32,979 bases of DNA from NCBI GenBank assembly GCA_043777195.1, contig JAYVQF010000092.1:1-32979 (forward strand), written 5' to 3'. The notes beneath the pieces were generated by a model. The model searched no databases. It had not been told where the DNA came from and saw only the letters and a program-made list of their open reading frames with translations. The position numbers and the translations under genes are program-made. Source of the stretch: Thermoanaerobaculia bacterium (lineage in GTDB: Bacteria; Acidobacteriota; UBA4820; JAYVQF01). This document shows positions 17,248 through 27,113 of the stretch, in pieces; positions within the stretch are counted from its first letter, which is position 1, and every line of letters starts with the position of its first letter.

Positions 17248-20200
17248 ATGAGGGTGGCACGGATGCTGTATATTAGAAGCATGCGCTTTTACGAGCGGGG
17301 AGCCGTCGCCTTTCTCTTTAGCCTGATGATTCAGGCGGGAGCTCCGGTTGCGACCGCGCCTGACACCGTTCCCCCGGCACCCTCGCCGGGCGATTTGCCC
17401 GCATATTTTCATACCGGCGTCCTCACGCTCCAGGATCGCATCTGGGCGCAGACGCAGATTGAGCGCGTCTGGTACAACCACCGCATCTGGCCCAAGGAAA
17501 ACCCCGGCCCCAAGCCGCCCTTCGAACAGCTGGTGCCGCGCGCGATGATCGAGAAGAAGGCGGTCGATGTCCTGCGCATGGGCGCGGCGCTGAAGCAATA
17601 CTGGAATGTCGAGATCACGCCGCCGATGCTGCAAGCCGAGATGGATCGGATGGAGCGGGAGAGCAAGGATCGTGCGACGCTACACGAGCTGTTCGCGGCG
17701 CTTCGCAATGATCCGTTTCTGATTGCTGAGATGCTGTCGCGGTCCATTCTGACGGAGAAGGCGCTTCGGCATCATTACGCTTGGGATCCGAGAATGCACA
17801 TTACGCAGAAGCGGATGGCCGGTGAGATTGAACACATGCTGAAAAACGACGCTGATTGGACTACTCTGGAAATCAGGCGTTACCGGCGCAGATTCGTACG
17901 GGATGACGCACCAGACACGGAAGGCGATCGGCGCGTCGGCAATGATCAGGTTGACATATTACGTTTGACGGCCGATGAAATGGATTTATTGCGAAAACGG
18001 CTTGCGCAACGCTCGCCGAATGAACTCCGCGAAAACGAGCAAGGCTGGCTGGCCGAACGTCTTATCGCGGATGGCGTCGAGGGCATTGATGTGGAATCGC
18101 TGTTCGTTCCCAAGCAATCATTCGACGGCTGGTGGCGCGGGTTGTCGGCCGATCCTGACCTGATGACGATCCGCTCCCCGGCCCCCTCTGGCTCATTCAT
18201 CCTGCCCGCGCAGGGACCGGCAATGTATGCCCGGTGTGATGCGTGGGAAAGAGGATTCGCGAACATTCCTCCGCCATCGCGAGCCAGTGGGCACGCGGCG
18301 ATCTGGACCGGCAGCGAGATGATTGTCTGGGGTATGTACGACCGGGGTGGTCGTTACAATCCGGTGACAGACAGTTGGACGCTGACTGCTCCAATCAATG
18401 TTCATTTTGGCGATGGTGCCCCGATCTGGACCGGAACCGAAATGATCATCTGGGGCGGGTTCGACGGTGGTAACTTCGTGAATACCGGCGGACGTTACAA
18501 TCCAGGTTCTGATATGTGGACCGTAATTTCCACCGGCACGAATGCGCCGTCCGGCCGCTCCGGCAATTCCGTGGTCTGGACCGGGGACGAAATGATCATC
18601 TGGGGCGGGAGGGACCGCGGGACCGTCACGATGAACACCGGAGGCCGTTATAAACCGGCGACGGATAGCTGGCTGCCCACATCCACCGGCGCCAACGTTC
18701 CGCCCGGGCGCCAAAACCATACCGGGATCTGGACCGGCAGCTTGATGATCGTCTGGGGCGGTGACAATTCGAACACGGGTGGCCGTTACGACCCCGCGAC
18801 GGACGGCTGGACCCCCACTTCCACCGGCGCCAACCTACCCGAAGCGAGATCGAGGTATCAGGCGGTATGGACCGGTACCGAAATGATCGTCTGGGGCGGG
18901 ATTGGCGTGGGGGCGGTCTATTTCAACAACGGCGCGCGATACAATCTTGCGATGGACAATTGGACTCCGACATCCATCGGCGCAAGCGTCCCTGCGCCCC
19001 GCATGGAGCATTCGGCCATCTGGTCGGGCAGTGAAATGATTGTATGGGGAGGCTTTACCTCAACTAATTCCTACACCAATACGGGCGGTCGCTACAACCC
19101 CGTCACCGACACTTGGTTGCAAACATCCACCGGATCGGGTGTTCCGACGCCCCGGATGAATCAGAGCGCTGTCTGGACAGGAAATCAAATGATCTTGTGG
19201 GGGGGCTATTCCTTCACCACTCAAACCAACAATTTCAATGACGGGGGCCGATACAATCCGGCAACGGACACTTGGATCCCGATGACGACCGACAACGATC
19301 CGGTGGGCCACGGCGGGCATACCGCCGTATGGACAGGCAGCGAATTGATCACCTGGGGTGGTGCCAACAGCACCGCCGATTTCAATACCGGAGGGCGTTA
19401 TATTCCGGCCCTGGACAGATGGTTCCCTACTTCGATGGGGAGTAACGTGCCAGAACCCAGAAATTCACATACGGCGATCTGGACGGGAAATGAAATGATC
19501 GTCTGGGGAGGCATCTCATATACAACCCAATACAATTTCTACAATTCGGGAGGGCGCTACAACCCGGTCAAGGATCTCTGGATCCCTACCTCCAGGGGCG
19601 TCAATGTTCCGGTTGCACGATGGTTGCACACTGCGGTGTGGACTGGCCGGGAGATGGTTATTTGGGGTGGAGGCACCGGCGGAAGCGGCAATCTGAACAG
19701 CGGCGGGCGATATGATCCGGCAACCGACAGTTGGCGCCCCACATTCGCAGGGGGCAATGTACCAGCTCCTCGTTGGCGCCACACCGCAGTGTGGACCGGC
19801 ACCGAGATGGTGATCTGGGGAGGGTATGGCAGCACGTTATTCAATACAGGCGGGCGCTACAACCCTGATGACGATAGCTGGGCGCCGACGCCGAACGGCA
19901 GCAATGTCCCATCTGCACGACAAGGTCATACGGCTGTCTGGACTGGAAACGAGATGGTGGTCTGGGGTGGATTCGGCATCGTAGGCGGAACTGAATTGAA
20001 CAGCGGGGGACGCTGCGACATCACATCCGGCCGATGGCTTCCGACTTCCATCGAAAGCAGCACTCCCGCCGCGCGGGCCGGGCATGCGGCGGTGTGGACC
20101 GGAAACGAAATGATCATCTGGGGTTCAGGCTGGTATAGCTATTTCAACACGGGCGGCCGTTATTCACCGGCATCGGACCATTGGAAATCAACGTCAACCG

Positions 20201-20565
20201 ATCCCAATGAACCGTTCGTGTATCGGGGTTACACCGCAACCTGGACGGGTGACAAAATGATTGTCTGGTCCGGCTATGAAATCCAGAATGGTTCCACTGG
20301 CTTCGGAAGCTATTACTCCGGTTCCGTCTCCAGCCCCGGCAATACATTGTTAGGCGGAAAATCCCCCAGTGCGGTCCGGCTCAACTGGTCGTCGGTGAAC
20401 GGTGCCGGCTCATACAACGTGAAGCGCTGCGATGCGTCCGCCGCGGCCTGCATTCCGGGAACCATCGTCTCCTCCCCCACCATTCCGCAATACAGCGAGC
20501 CCAACAACCCGACCAGTTATTTCTATTCGATTGAAGCCGTCAATCAGTGCGGTTCGACGCCGTGA
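17248..20565 (+). CDS. Large secreted repeat protein: unknown ~340-aa N-terminal domain, 14 Kelch-like beta-propeller repeats, C-terminal FN3-like domain
   Basis: 1105-aa ORF. A signal-like segment MRFYERGAVAFLFSLMIQAGAPVATA suggests the real start may be the ATG at 17281. From ~18292 to ~20290 there are 14 tandem ~50-aa units with the consensus (A/V)(V/I)WTGxEM(I/V)(I/V)WGG...NTGGRY(N/D)PxTDxWxPTSxGxNVPxxRxxHT. The tail SAVRLNWSSVNGAGSYNVKRC...YFYSIEAVNQCG resembles a fibronectin type III domain. Confidence 0.85.
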   Translation: MRVARMLYIRSMRFYERGAVAFLFSLMIQAGAPVATAPDTVPPAPSPGDLPAYFHTGVLTLQDRIWAQTQIERVWYNHRIWPKENPGPKPPFEQLVPRAMIEKKAVDVLRMGAALKQYWNVEITPPMLQAEMDRMERESKDRATLHELFAALRNDPFLIAEMLSRSILTEKALRHHYAWDPRMHITQKRMAGEIEHMLKNDADWTTLEIRRYRRRFVRDDAPDTEGDRRVGNDQVDILRLTADEMDLLRKRLAQRSPNELRENEQGWLAERLIADGVEGIDVESLFVPKQSFDGWWRGLSADPDLMTIRSPAPSGSFILPAQGPAMYARCDAWERGFANIPPPSRASGHAAIWTGSEMIVWGMYDRGGRYNPVTDSWTLTAPINVHFGDGAPIWTGTEMIIWGGFDGGNFVNTGGRYNPGSDMWTVISTGTNAPSGRSGNSVVWTGDEMIIWGGRDRGTVTMNTGGRYKPATDSWLPTSTGANVPPGRQNHTGIWTGSLMIVWGGDNSNTGGRYDPATDGWTPTSTGANLPEARSRYQAVWTGTEMIVWGGIGVGAVYFNNGARYNLAMDNWTPTSIGASVPAPRMEHSAIWSGSEMIVWGGFTSTNSYTNTGGRYNPVTDTWLQTSTGSGVPTPRMNQSAVWTGNQMILWGGYSFTTQTNNFNDGGRYNPATDTWIPMTTDNDPVGHGGHTAVWTGSELITWGGANSTADFNTGGRYIPALDRWFPTSMGSNVPEPRNSHTAIWTGNEMIVWGGISYTTQYNFYNSGGRYNPVKDLWIPTSRGVNVPVARWLHTAVWTGREMVIWGGGTGGSGNLNSGGRYDPATDSWRPTFAGGNVPAPRWRHTAVWTGTEMVIWGGYGSTLFNTGGRYNPDDDSWAPTPNGSNVPSARQGHTAVWTGNEMVVWGGFGIVGGTELNSGGRCDITSGRWLPTSIESSTPAARAGHAAVWTGNEMIIWGSGWYSYFNTGGRYSPASDHWKSTSTDPNEPFVYRGYTATWTGDKMIVWSGYEIQNGSTGFGSYYSGSVSSPGNTLLGGKSPSAVRLNWSSVNGAGSYNVKRCDASAAACIPGTIVSSPTIPQYSEPNNPTSYFYSIEAVNQCGSTP

Positions 20566-20572
20566 GTTCTCA

Positions 20573-20732
20573 ACCTCGCCCCCTTCAGGGGGAGAGGTCG
20601 CGACTGCGCTTCAGCGCGGGCGCGGGTGAGGGGGCTGGCGTTCATCGCGCGACGATTGCATGTGTTGCCCATACAGCGCCCCCTCACCCGGCGCGAAGAC
20701 GCGCCGACCTCTCCCCCTAAAGGGGGCGAGGT
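20573..20732. repeat. Nested palindromic (REPIN-like) element between convergent genes
   Basis: Outer arms acctcgcccccttcagggggagaggtcg (20573-20600) and cgacctctccccctaaagggggcgaggt (20705-20732) are reverse complements at 27 of 28 positions. Inner arms cgggtgagggggc (20623-20635) and gccccctcacccg (20678-20690) match at 13 of 13. Each outer arm is also a small hairpin on its own (cctcgccccc-ttc-agggggagagg). Confidence 0.75.
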
Positions 20733-20827
20733 CATGAAGATGGCGGCGCCTGACGGTGCGACTATTTTAAGGGACGAATGCCATTCGCCCCTACGGTAAT
20801 CAGACAAGACACCAGATACTTCTTCAA

Positions 20828-22402
20828 TCAATGCACCGTCTGCATGGCCTTGAATTCGCGGATGACGGTGACTTTGATTTTTCCGGGGTAATCCATTTCG
20901 GCCTGGATTTTCTTGGCGACTTCGCTGGCAAGGAAGGGCATGTCGTCGTCGTTGATATCGCCGGGGCGAACGATCAGGCGCAGTTCGCGGCCGGCCTGGA
21001 TGGCGTAGGCATGTTCGATGCCCTGGAAGGAGTGGGCGATCTCCTCGAATTGCTGCATGCGCTTGGCGAAGTCGGCGTTGGCCTGGCGGCGGGCGCCGGG
21101 GCGGCCGCCGGAGATGGCGTCGGCGGCCGAGACGATCACGGTGTAGGGGGTTGAAGATTCCATGTCGTCGTGATGGTGGCCGGCCGCGTGCGCGACCTCC
21201 ACGCTCTCGCCATATTTCTGGCAGAGTTCTTCGCCGAGTTCGGGATGGGTGCCTTCGGTCTCGAAGTCCACCGCTTTGCCGATGTCGTGCAGCAGGCCGG
21301 CGCGCATGCCGATGGAAGCCGAGAGACCCAGCTCCGCCGCCATCTGCGCGGAGATCTTGGCGCACTCATAGGTGTGATCCAGGACATTCTGCCCATAAGA
21401 GGTGCGGAAACGCAGATGGCCGAGCAGGCGCACCAATTCCGGGTGCATGCGGCCGATCTTGAGGCGGTCGAGGGTGTCCTCGGCGGCGGCGCGCATCACC
21501 GCGCCCACCTTCTTGGTTTCCCGGCCGACGAATTCCTCGATCTTGCGCGGGTGGATGTTGTCGGAAGCGATCATCCTTTCCAGCGCGCGCTTGGCGATTT
21601 CGCGCTTGACGGGATTGAAGCAGGAGATCTGCACTGAATTTTCCTGGTCGCCCATGATGAGCTGCACGCCGGTCTCGGCCTCGAATGCTTTCACATTCTT
21701 GCCTTCCGAACCGATCAGCTTGCCCTTGGTGCGCTCGTCGGGAATCGGCACGAAATAGGTGGCGCGGGTGGAGACGGTGTCCACCGCAAGCCGTTCGATG
21801 GCCAGGGTGATGATCTTGCGGGCTTCGTCCTCGCCTTCTTTCTGCGCCTGATCGCGAATCTCACGCACGAGGTGGGCGGCTTCATGGCGGGCTTCGCCTT
21901 TCATCATTTCCAGCAGTTCTTTTTTAGCGTCCTCAACGGAGATGGCGGCAACCTTCTCGATTTTTTCGAGGTATTCACCCTGCTGTTTTTCCAGCTCAAG
22001 TCGTTTTTCTTCGGCGAGATCGACTTTTTTCTGGACTTCCTTCTGCAACTTGTTGAGGTCACGCTCGCGGGCGGCGACGCCCTGCTGCATGCGCTTGAAG
22101 GTTTCTTCGCGTTTCAGAAAATCCTCTTCATGCGCCTTGTACTCGTCGTAAAGCCCGCGCAAGCGGTCTTCCTCGTCTTCGCTGATGCGCTTGGTTTTGA
22201 TCCGGGCTTCGACTTGCGCGCGTTCGAGGGCGCGCTGGGCATCCTGCTTGGCCTGCGCGAGAATCTGTGCCGCTTGCTGGGTGTTGTCTTTGAGAGTGCC
22301 TGAAAGTTCGGCGGTGACGGCAGCGCGGGTGGTTTTACGGGTGAAATAGACAGCGAGCGCCACCGCTATGGCGGCGACGATCAGAATGAGAATCGGCAGC
22401 AT
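20828..22402 (-). CDS. rny: Ribonuclease Y
   Basis: It has an N-terminal TM helix (MLPILILIVAAIAVALAVYF) and a long coiled-coil. The KH domain reads GKLIGSEGKNVKAFEAETGVQLIM. The HD domain reads LRFRTSYGQNVLDHTYECAKISAQMAAELG...GLLHDIGKA. The track ORF extends to 22429, but the ATG at 22402 is preceded by AGGAG at 8-nt spacing, so I take that as the start. Confidence 0.95.
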   Translation of the reverse strand: MLPILILIVAAIAVALAVYFTRKTTRAAVTAELSGTLKDNTQQAAQILAQAKQDAQRALERAQVEARIKTKRISEDEEDRLRGLYDEYKAHEEDFLKREETFKRMQQGVAARERDLNKLQKEVQKKVDLAEEKRLELEKQQGEYLEKIEKVAAISVEDAKKELLEMMKGEARHEAAHLVREIRDQAQKEGEDEARKIITLAIERLAVDTVSTRATYFVPIPDERTKGKLIGSEGKNVKAFEAETGVQLIMGDQENSVQISCFNPVKREIAKRALERMIASDNIHPRKIEEFVGRETKKVGAVMRAAAEDTLDRLKIGRMHPELVRLLGHLRFRTSYGQNVLDHTYECAKISAQMAAELGLSASIGMRAGLLHDIGKAVDFETEGTHPELGEELCQKYGESVEVAHAAGHHHDDMESSTPYTVIVSAADAISGGRPGARRQANADFAKRMQQFEEIAHSFQGIEHAYAIQAGRELRLIVRPGDINDDDMPFLASEVAKKIQAEMDYPGKIKVTVIREFKAMQTVH

Positions 22403-22644
22403 GGGAAAAACTCCTGGTGAATGGGGCATCCGGCCGGAGGCGGCCGCACGCGCGAGCGTCCTGGCGCAGCGGGGCTGCGCTAAATTTTGGGAGGGACGCG
22501 GGGATAAAGTTCATGGTAAAAATCGGCGCGGGAAAAGCCCTGAAATTGCGATCACCGAGCCGCTGTCAACTCCGATCCCATCACCGTCAAGCTGGATTCC
22601 GGTAGAAATCTAACTTTGCGGCAGCAATCGGGTTGACCCGTGAA

Positions 22645-23178
22645 TTATAACGGCTCTTCACCGGGTGAATTCCCGACGGAAACGCGCAGCCCGGCCGCCT
22701 CGACGCGCTGCCGGTTGTCAGCATGGAAGAGCAGAAATTCCGCGTCGGCCGCAAGCCTGGGACGCAGCGCGGTGAACATGGCCGGCGTCAGCTTCAAGCC
22801 GCGCACGGAAATCCGGTCAAACCTCAGACCGCCGGGAAACTCATAACCCGGCCATTGTCCAAGATGGACGGTGGCATTCTTGAGCCCCAGCGCCGCCGCC
22901 GCTTCGCGCAAAAACGCCCAGCGCTTGCGCCGCGGCTCCAGCAGGTGAGCCTGCGCGAGCGGTTGCAGGAAGGCAAACACCAACCCCGGCAAGCCGCCGC
23001 CCGAACCGATGTCCAAGAGCGCAGCGCCGCCGGGAATTTCCGCAGCAAGGCCGACGCAGGGCTCAATCCCCTCGACAAAAAATTCTTCGTACCGTGAATA
23101 GCCGCACAGATCGGCAGGGAATTCATTGATCAGCGCCCAGTAGCGGCGGGAGAAATCAATGAGAACGGGATTTGACAT
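22645..23178 (-). CDS. rsmG: 16S rRNA (guanine527-N7)-methyltransferase RsmG (GidB)
   Basis: 177-aa ORF with LLDIGSGGGLPGLVFA (SAM-binding motif), HLLEPRRKRWAFL and the overall RsmG pattern. Confidence 0.9.
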   Translation of the reverse strand: MSNPVLIDFSRRYWALINEFPADLCGYSRYEEFFVEGIEPCVGLAAEIPGGAALLDIGSGGGLPGLVFAFLQPLAQAHLLEPRRKRWAFLREAAAALGLKNATVHLGQWPGYEFPGGLRFDRISVRGLKLTPAMFTALRPRLAADAEFLLFHADNRQRVEAAGLRVSVGNSPGEEPL

Positions 23179-23210
23179 GGCAAAATAAATTCAACAAGGG
23201 TCGCGGCGTT

Positions 23211-24332
23211 TCATTTGCCGCTCTGGGTGACCCACGCAATCAAGGCAATCACCGCCAGCGCCAGCAAGGCGGCAAAGAATATCTTCACGACGGACAGCGG
23301 CTTGTCCCCCGCGATGTTGCCGGTCTGACCGTTGATGACGAAGCGATAGGGCTTTTCCCGCCACTGATAGGCACAGAGCCAGTAGGGCAGGAGGGTGAGC
23401 TTGTATCTTTCATCCGACCATTGAATCTGCGTCGCGAGATTGCGGCAGCCGTCGCCGCCGACATCCTCGGTGCAGCGCTGCTCCACGGTGGATTCCATTT
23501 TCCCCGCCGCCTGCGCCCATCCGGCTTTACGGTCGAGCGCGGGGTCGAGCGCGCCCCAGCCGGCGAGATATTCCTGGCGATAGGGGGTAAGGCCGTTTTT
23601 CAAATTGAAATCACCGGATCGTTCGAGAAATTTCTGCAATTCCTCGCGCGCAGCGGGCACCAGCACATCGTCGAATAAATCCTCGCGCGAACCGGACACC
23701 GGTGTCCACTCGATGTGGGTGCGGGTGCGCGTCACCTGCCGGCCGCTTTCCTCGGCGAAATAGGTTTCGCTTACTTGCCGGCCGCGTTCGGCGGTGTAAT
23801 GCGTGCGGGTCTGCGCGTCGAATGTCCAGACCGGGAGATAGAAGCCCGACAACTCCCCCAATTTTCCCTCGCGTTTGAGCGCATTGGGATGAAACCAGCC
23901 TTTCGCCAGCCAATCGGTGAACAGTTCCTTCGCTTTTTTCGGTCCGACCGCCAGCGGGATCAGGCTTTCGGGTTTGTCGAGATGCGCGGCTTGTTCCAGC
24001 GGCCTGACGAACTGCGAACCGCAGAAGGGGCAGTGCACCGTCCGTTCCCCGGCGGGCGGCGCAAATTGCGCGCCACATTGTGGGCAGCCCCGTTTTTCGG
24101 AGGCTTGTCGCGTGAGCGGCGCGTCGCCACTCGGCAGGTCTTGACGCGCGAACGGCAAGTCACCCCTTGCATCCGCGTCCGCCTCATCAAGATCGTATTC
24201 CGTCGCGGCGAATCCCGCGATCTTCGCAAGCGGCGTGGAGGCCGCACAAAAGGGACAGGCCAGACCGCCGCGCTCCGGATCGAAGCGCGTCTCAGCGCCG
24301 CAACCGCGGCAGGGAAATCTCTCGCCGGCCAT
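23211..24332 (-). CDS. Double Zn-ribbon protein with C-terminal membrane anchor (function unknown)
   Basis: 373-aa ORF. Ribbon 1 is CRGCGAETRF...CPFCAAS. Ribbon 2 is CPQCGAQF...CPFCGSQF. A ~230-aa globular region follows, then a terminal TM helix VVKIFFAALLALAVIALIAWV. It ends 32 nt upstream of the rsmG start, on the same strand. Confidence 0.7.
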   Translation of the reverse strand: MAGERFPCRGCGAETRFDPERGGLACPFCAASTPLAKIAGFAATEYDLDEADADARGDLPFARQDLPSGDAPLTRQASEKRGCPQCGAQFAPPAGERTVHCPFCGSQFVRPLEQAAHLDKPESLIPLAVGPKKAKELFTDWLAKGWFHPNALKREGKLGELSGFYLPVWTFDAQTRTHYTAERGRQVSETYFAEESGRQVTRTRTHIEWTPVSGSREDLFDDVLVPAAREELQKFLERSGDFNLKNGLTPYRQEYLAGWGALDPALDRKAGWAQAAGKMESTVEQRCTEDVGGDGCRNLATQIQWSDERYKLTLLPYWLCAYQWREKPYRFVINGQTGNIAGDKPLSVVKIFFAALLALAVIALIAWVTQSGK

Positions 24333-24382
24333 GGGACGGAATGATACCGCCGCTTGCAGCGTTGCACCCCGGGACGGATAAT

Positions 24383-24982
24383 ATGAACCTCACGGAGTTC
24401 GCCATGGCTAAAGTCGTCAATCTCGAATCCACCCCCAATCCCAACGCGCTCAAGTACATCGTTGACGCGCCGCTCACCACGGGGGACAGCCGTTCATTCG
24501 CCTCGCTCGCCGAAGCGGAATCTTCGGGCGATGCGCTGGCGATTTCGCTGCTGCGCATTCCCGGCGTGACCTCGGTTTATTACATGGATCGCTTCGTGAC
24601 GGTGAGCAAGATCGAAGCGGTTTCCTTCCATGCGCTACACCCGCAGGCCGTTGCCGCCATTGAGAAATCGGCGTCCGGGTCGCTGCCCGTGGCCATCACC
24701 ACGCAGGCCGCGGCCGAAGCCGCCGCTGATCTTGCGCACCTTTCCCCCGAAGAACGCGCCATGATGGAAAAGATCAATGCGGTGCTCAATTCTGATGTGC
24801 GCCCCGCGCTGGCCGGCGACGGCGGCGGCTTGGTGGTGCTCGGTCTCGACAACAATGTCCTCAAGATCAAATATCAGGGCGCCTGCGGCAGCTGCCCCTC
24901 CGCGACGGCCGGGACTATCGCTGCAATTCAGAATGTGCTGCGCTTCAAGGTAAATCCAGAGTTGAGCGTGGTGCCGGGGTGA
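24383..24982 (+). CDS. NifU/Nfu-type Fe-S cluster assembly scaffold protein (Nfu_N plus NifU C-terminal domains)
   Basis: The track ORF begins at 24167, but that part overlaps the divergent gene. ATG 24383 (MNLTEFAMAKVVNLESTPNPNALKY) or ATG 24404 gives the typical Nfu N-terminus. The C-terminal domain has VRPALAGDGGGLVVLGLDNNVLKIKYQGACGSCPSA (CxxC). Confidence 0.85.
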   Translation: MNLTEFAMAKVVNLESTPNPNALKYIVDAPLTTGDSRSFASLAEAESSGDALAISLLRIPGVTSVYYMDRFVTVSKIEAVSFHALHPQAVAAIEKSASGSLPVAITTQAAAEAAADLAHLSPEERAMMEKINAVLNSDVRPALAGDGGGLVVLGLDNNVLKIKYQGACGSCPSATAGTIAAIQNVLRFKVNPELSVVPG

Positions 24983-25004
24983 GAACAGTACTTAGGGCGC
25001 AGCG

Positions 25005-27113
25005 GTGACAAACCGCCTCATTCACGAAAAATCCCCCTACCTGCTCCAACACGCGCACAATCCGGTGGACTGGTTTCCCTGGGGGGATGAGGCCTTCGCG
25101 AAGGCGAAAGCGGAGAACAAGCCGGTCTTGTTGTCGATTGGTTATTCGACCTGCCACTGGTGTCATGTGATGGAGCGGGAATGTTTTGAGAACGAAGCCA
25201 TCGCGCAGTTGATGAACGAGCACCTGGTCGCCATCAAGCTGGACCGCGAGGAGCGGCCCGACATTGACGCGATCTACATGAAGGTGGCGATGATGACCAG
25301 CGGCCACGGCGGCTGGCCGCTCAATGTTTTTCTCACGCCCGACCGGCGGCCATTTCATGCCGGCACTTATTATCCGCCGCAACCGCGCGGCGGAATGCCC
25401 TCCTGGCCACAGGTGATTCAGGCGGTGAGCGAGGCGTGGAAAAACCGGCAGGATGAAATAGGGCGGGCGGCGGGTGAGATCACGGCGCACTTGAAAAAAT
25501 CGGAAGCGATGAATGAACATTCGGTTGAGCGGACGGAATTGAATGATGCGCCGATCCGCGAGGGCGCCGAATGGTTTGCCCGCGCCTTCGACGCGCGCCA
25601 CGGCGGTTTCGGCCGCGCCCCGAAATTTCCCCGGCCGTCGGTGCTGACCTTTCTTTTGCGGGCGGCATCCTCTGGCGGCGCAGGCTCAGGCGGTGCAAGT
25701 AAGAAGAACGCATCGGCGAACAGTCTGCATCTCATCGGCATGGTCGCGCGCACGCTCGACGCCATGGCGCAGGGCGGCATTCATGACCAGCTCGGCGGGG
25801 GATTCCACCGGTATTCCACCGACTCCCAATGGCTGACGCCCCATTTTGAAAAGATGCTTTACGACCAGGCGCTGCTCATGCAGGCCTATCTGGAAGCCTG
25901 GCAGTTGACGGGGAATGAAGACTACGCCGCGGTCTGCCGTGACATTGCGGGCTATCTCTTGCGCGATCTCACCCATCCCGAAGGGGGATTTTTCTGCGGC
26001 GAGGACGCCGACTCGGAAGGCGTCGAAGGAAAATTTTGGGTGTTTACCTGCAATGAGCTGCGTGAATTATTGGGAGAAGCTGATGGCAATCTGCTCGCCC
26101 GCTGGTTTGGCGCCAGCGAGGAGGGGAACTACGAACATGCCACCAACATCCTGCACAGGCCCATTCATCTGGAAACCTTCATCACCGCGGAAAAGATCGA
26201 GCGAGAGGAATTCCTGGCGACGCTTCGCCGCGCGCATGAAGTTCTCTTCCGCCACCGAGAATCCCGCGTGCGCCCGCACCGTGACGACAAAATTCTCAGC
26301 GGCTGGAACGGGCTGATGATCGCTCAGTTGGCGCGGGCTGGCGCCGCACTGAACGAGCCGCGCTGGATCGCCGCCGCACGCAAGGCCGCGGAGTTCATTC
26401 AGAATAAATTATCACGAGATGGGAAGCCGCTGCATACCTGGCGCGATGGGGAAGGAAAGATCGGGGCTTTTCTTGATGATGTCGCGGCGATGGGCGGCGC
26501 CTGGCTGGAGCTCTATCAGGCGAGTTTCGACCCGTCATGTCTGGCCAGGGCCCGCGCCCTCGCGCAGCACCTCATCCAGGAATTCGCCGCCGCGGACGGC
26601 TCCTTCTACGACACCGCTAATTCCGCCGAGTCTCTGCTGGTGCGCCCGCGTGAAAGCTACGACGGCGCGCAGCCCAGCGGCAATGCGCTGGCGGCCAACT
26701 TTCTGATTCGTCTCGGCCGCCTGATTGGCGATGAAACGCTGACCCAAGCGGGTGAATCAGTCGTGCGCGCCTTCCTTCCCCGACTGAACAGCGATCCCAC
26801 CTCCCTGCCGGAAATGGCCCAAGCGCTTTGGCTGCTGACAAATCCCCCCATGGAAATCGTCGTCGCGGGCGATCCGGATTCGGCTGAAGCGCACGCTCTA
26901 CTCCAGGAAATCCGCCGCCGCTTTCTCCCCGCCGCACTGCTGGCATGTCGTCCTGATGATCCCGCCGCACGCGCAGCCGCCACCCATCAAATTCCCGCCC
27001 TCGAATCCCAGCGCCCCTCCACGGGTCCCGGCGCGTGGATATTTGTCTGCGCAAATTATTCCTGTCAACAGCCGGTCAATGACCTAAGAGAATTGATCAC
27101 TGTCCTAAACTAA
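25005..27113 (+). CDS. Thioredoxin-domain protein of the YyaL/DUF255 (SPATA20-like) family with a six-hairpin glycosidase-like C-terminal domain
   Basis: 702-aa ORF from GTG: [78 protein letters not shown] and DADSEG are all characteristic of this family. Confidence 0.9.
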   Translation: MTNRLIHEKSPYLLQHAHNPVDWFPWGDEAFAKAKAENKPVLLSIGYSTCHWCHVMERECFENEAIAQLMNEHLVAIKLDREERPDIDAIYMKVAMMTSGHGGWPLNVFLTPDRRPFHAGTYYPPQPRGGMPSWPQVIQAVSEAWKNRQDEIGRAAGEITAHLKKSEAMNEHSVERTELNDAPIREGAEWFARAFDARHGGFGRAPKFPRPSVLTFLLRAASSGGAGSGGASKKNASANSLHLIGMVARTLDAMAQGGIHDQLGGGFHRYSTDSQWLTPHFEKMLYDQALLMQAYLEAWQLTGNEDYAAVCRDIAGYLLRDLTHPEGGFFCGEDADSEGVEGKFWVFTCNELRELLGEADGNLLARWFGASEEGNYEHATNILHRPIHLETFITAEKIEREEFLATLRRAHEVLFRHRESRVRPHRDDKILSGWNGLMIAQLARAGAALNEPRWIAAARKAAEFIQNKLSRDGKPLHTWRDGEGKIGAFLDDVAAMGGAWLELYQASFDPSCLARARALAQHLIQEFAAADGSFYDTANSAESLLVRPRESYDGAQPSGNALAANFLIRLGRLIGDETLTQAGESVVRAFLPRLNSDPTSLPEMAQALWLLTNPPMEIVVAGDPDSAEAHALLQEIRRRFLPAALLACRPDDPAARAAATHQIPALESQRPSTGPGAWIFVCANYSCQQPVNDLRELITVLN

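Noticed and set aside
18193-20347. Multiple 60-175-aa minus-strand ORFs inside the Kelch-repeat gene
   Set aside because: They arise because the same repeat unit lacks stops in an antisense frame. Each mirrors the + strand repeat periodicity and has no independent signal.
22403-22644. ~240-nt leader between rsmG and rny, checked for a riboswitch, terminator or promoter
   Set aside because: I found only two short GC hairpins (agcgcagc-ccc-gctgcgc and cggccg-cctc-cggccg) without T-runs, and poor -35/-10 candidates. Nothing matches a riboswitch class I know.
24167-24382. Upstream extension of the NifU-like ORF
   Set aside because: It overlaps the start of the divergent gene 23211..24332 and is Arg/Pro-rich. 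The family-typical N-terminus begins at ATG 24383 or 24404.
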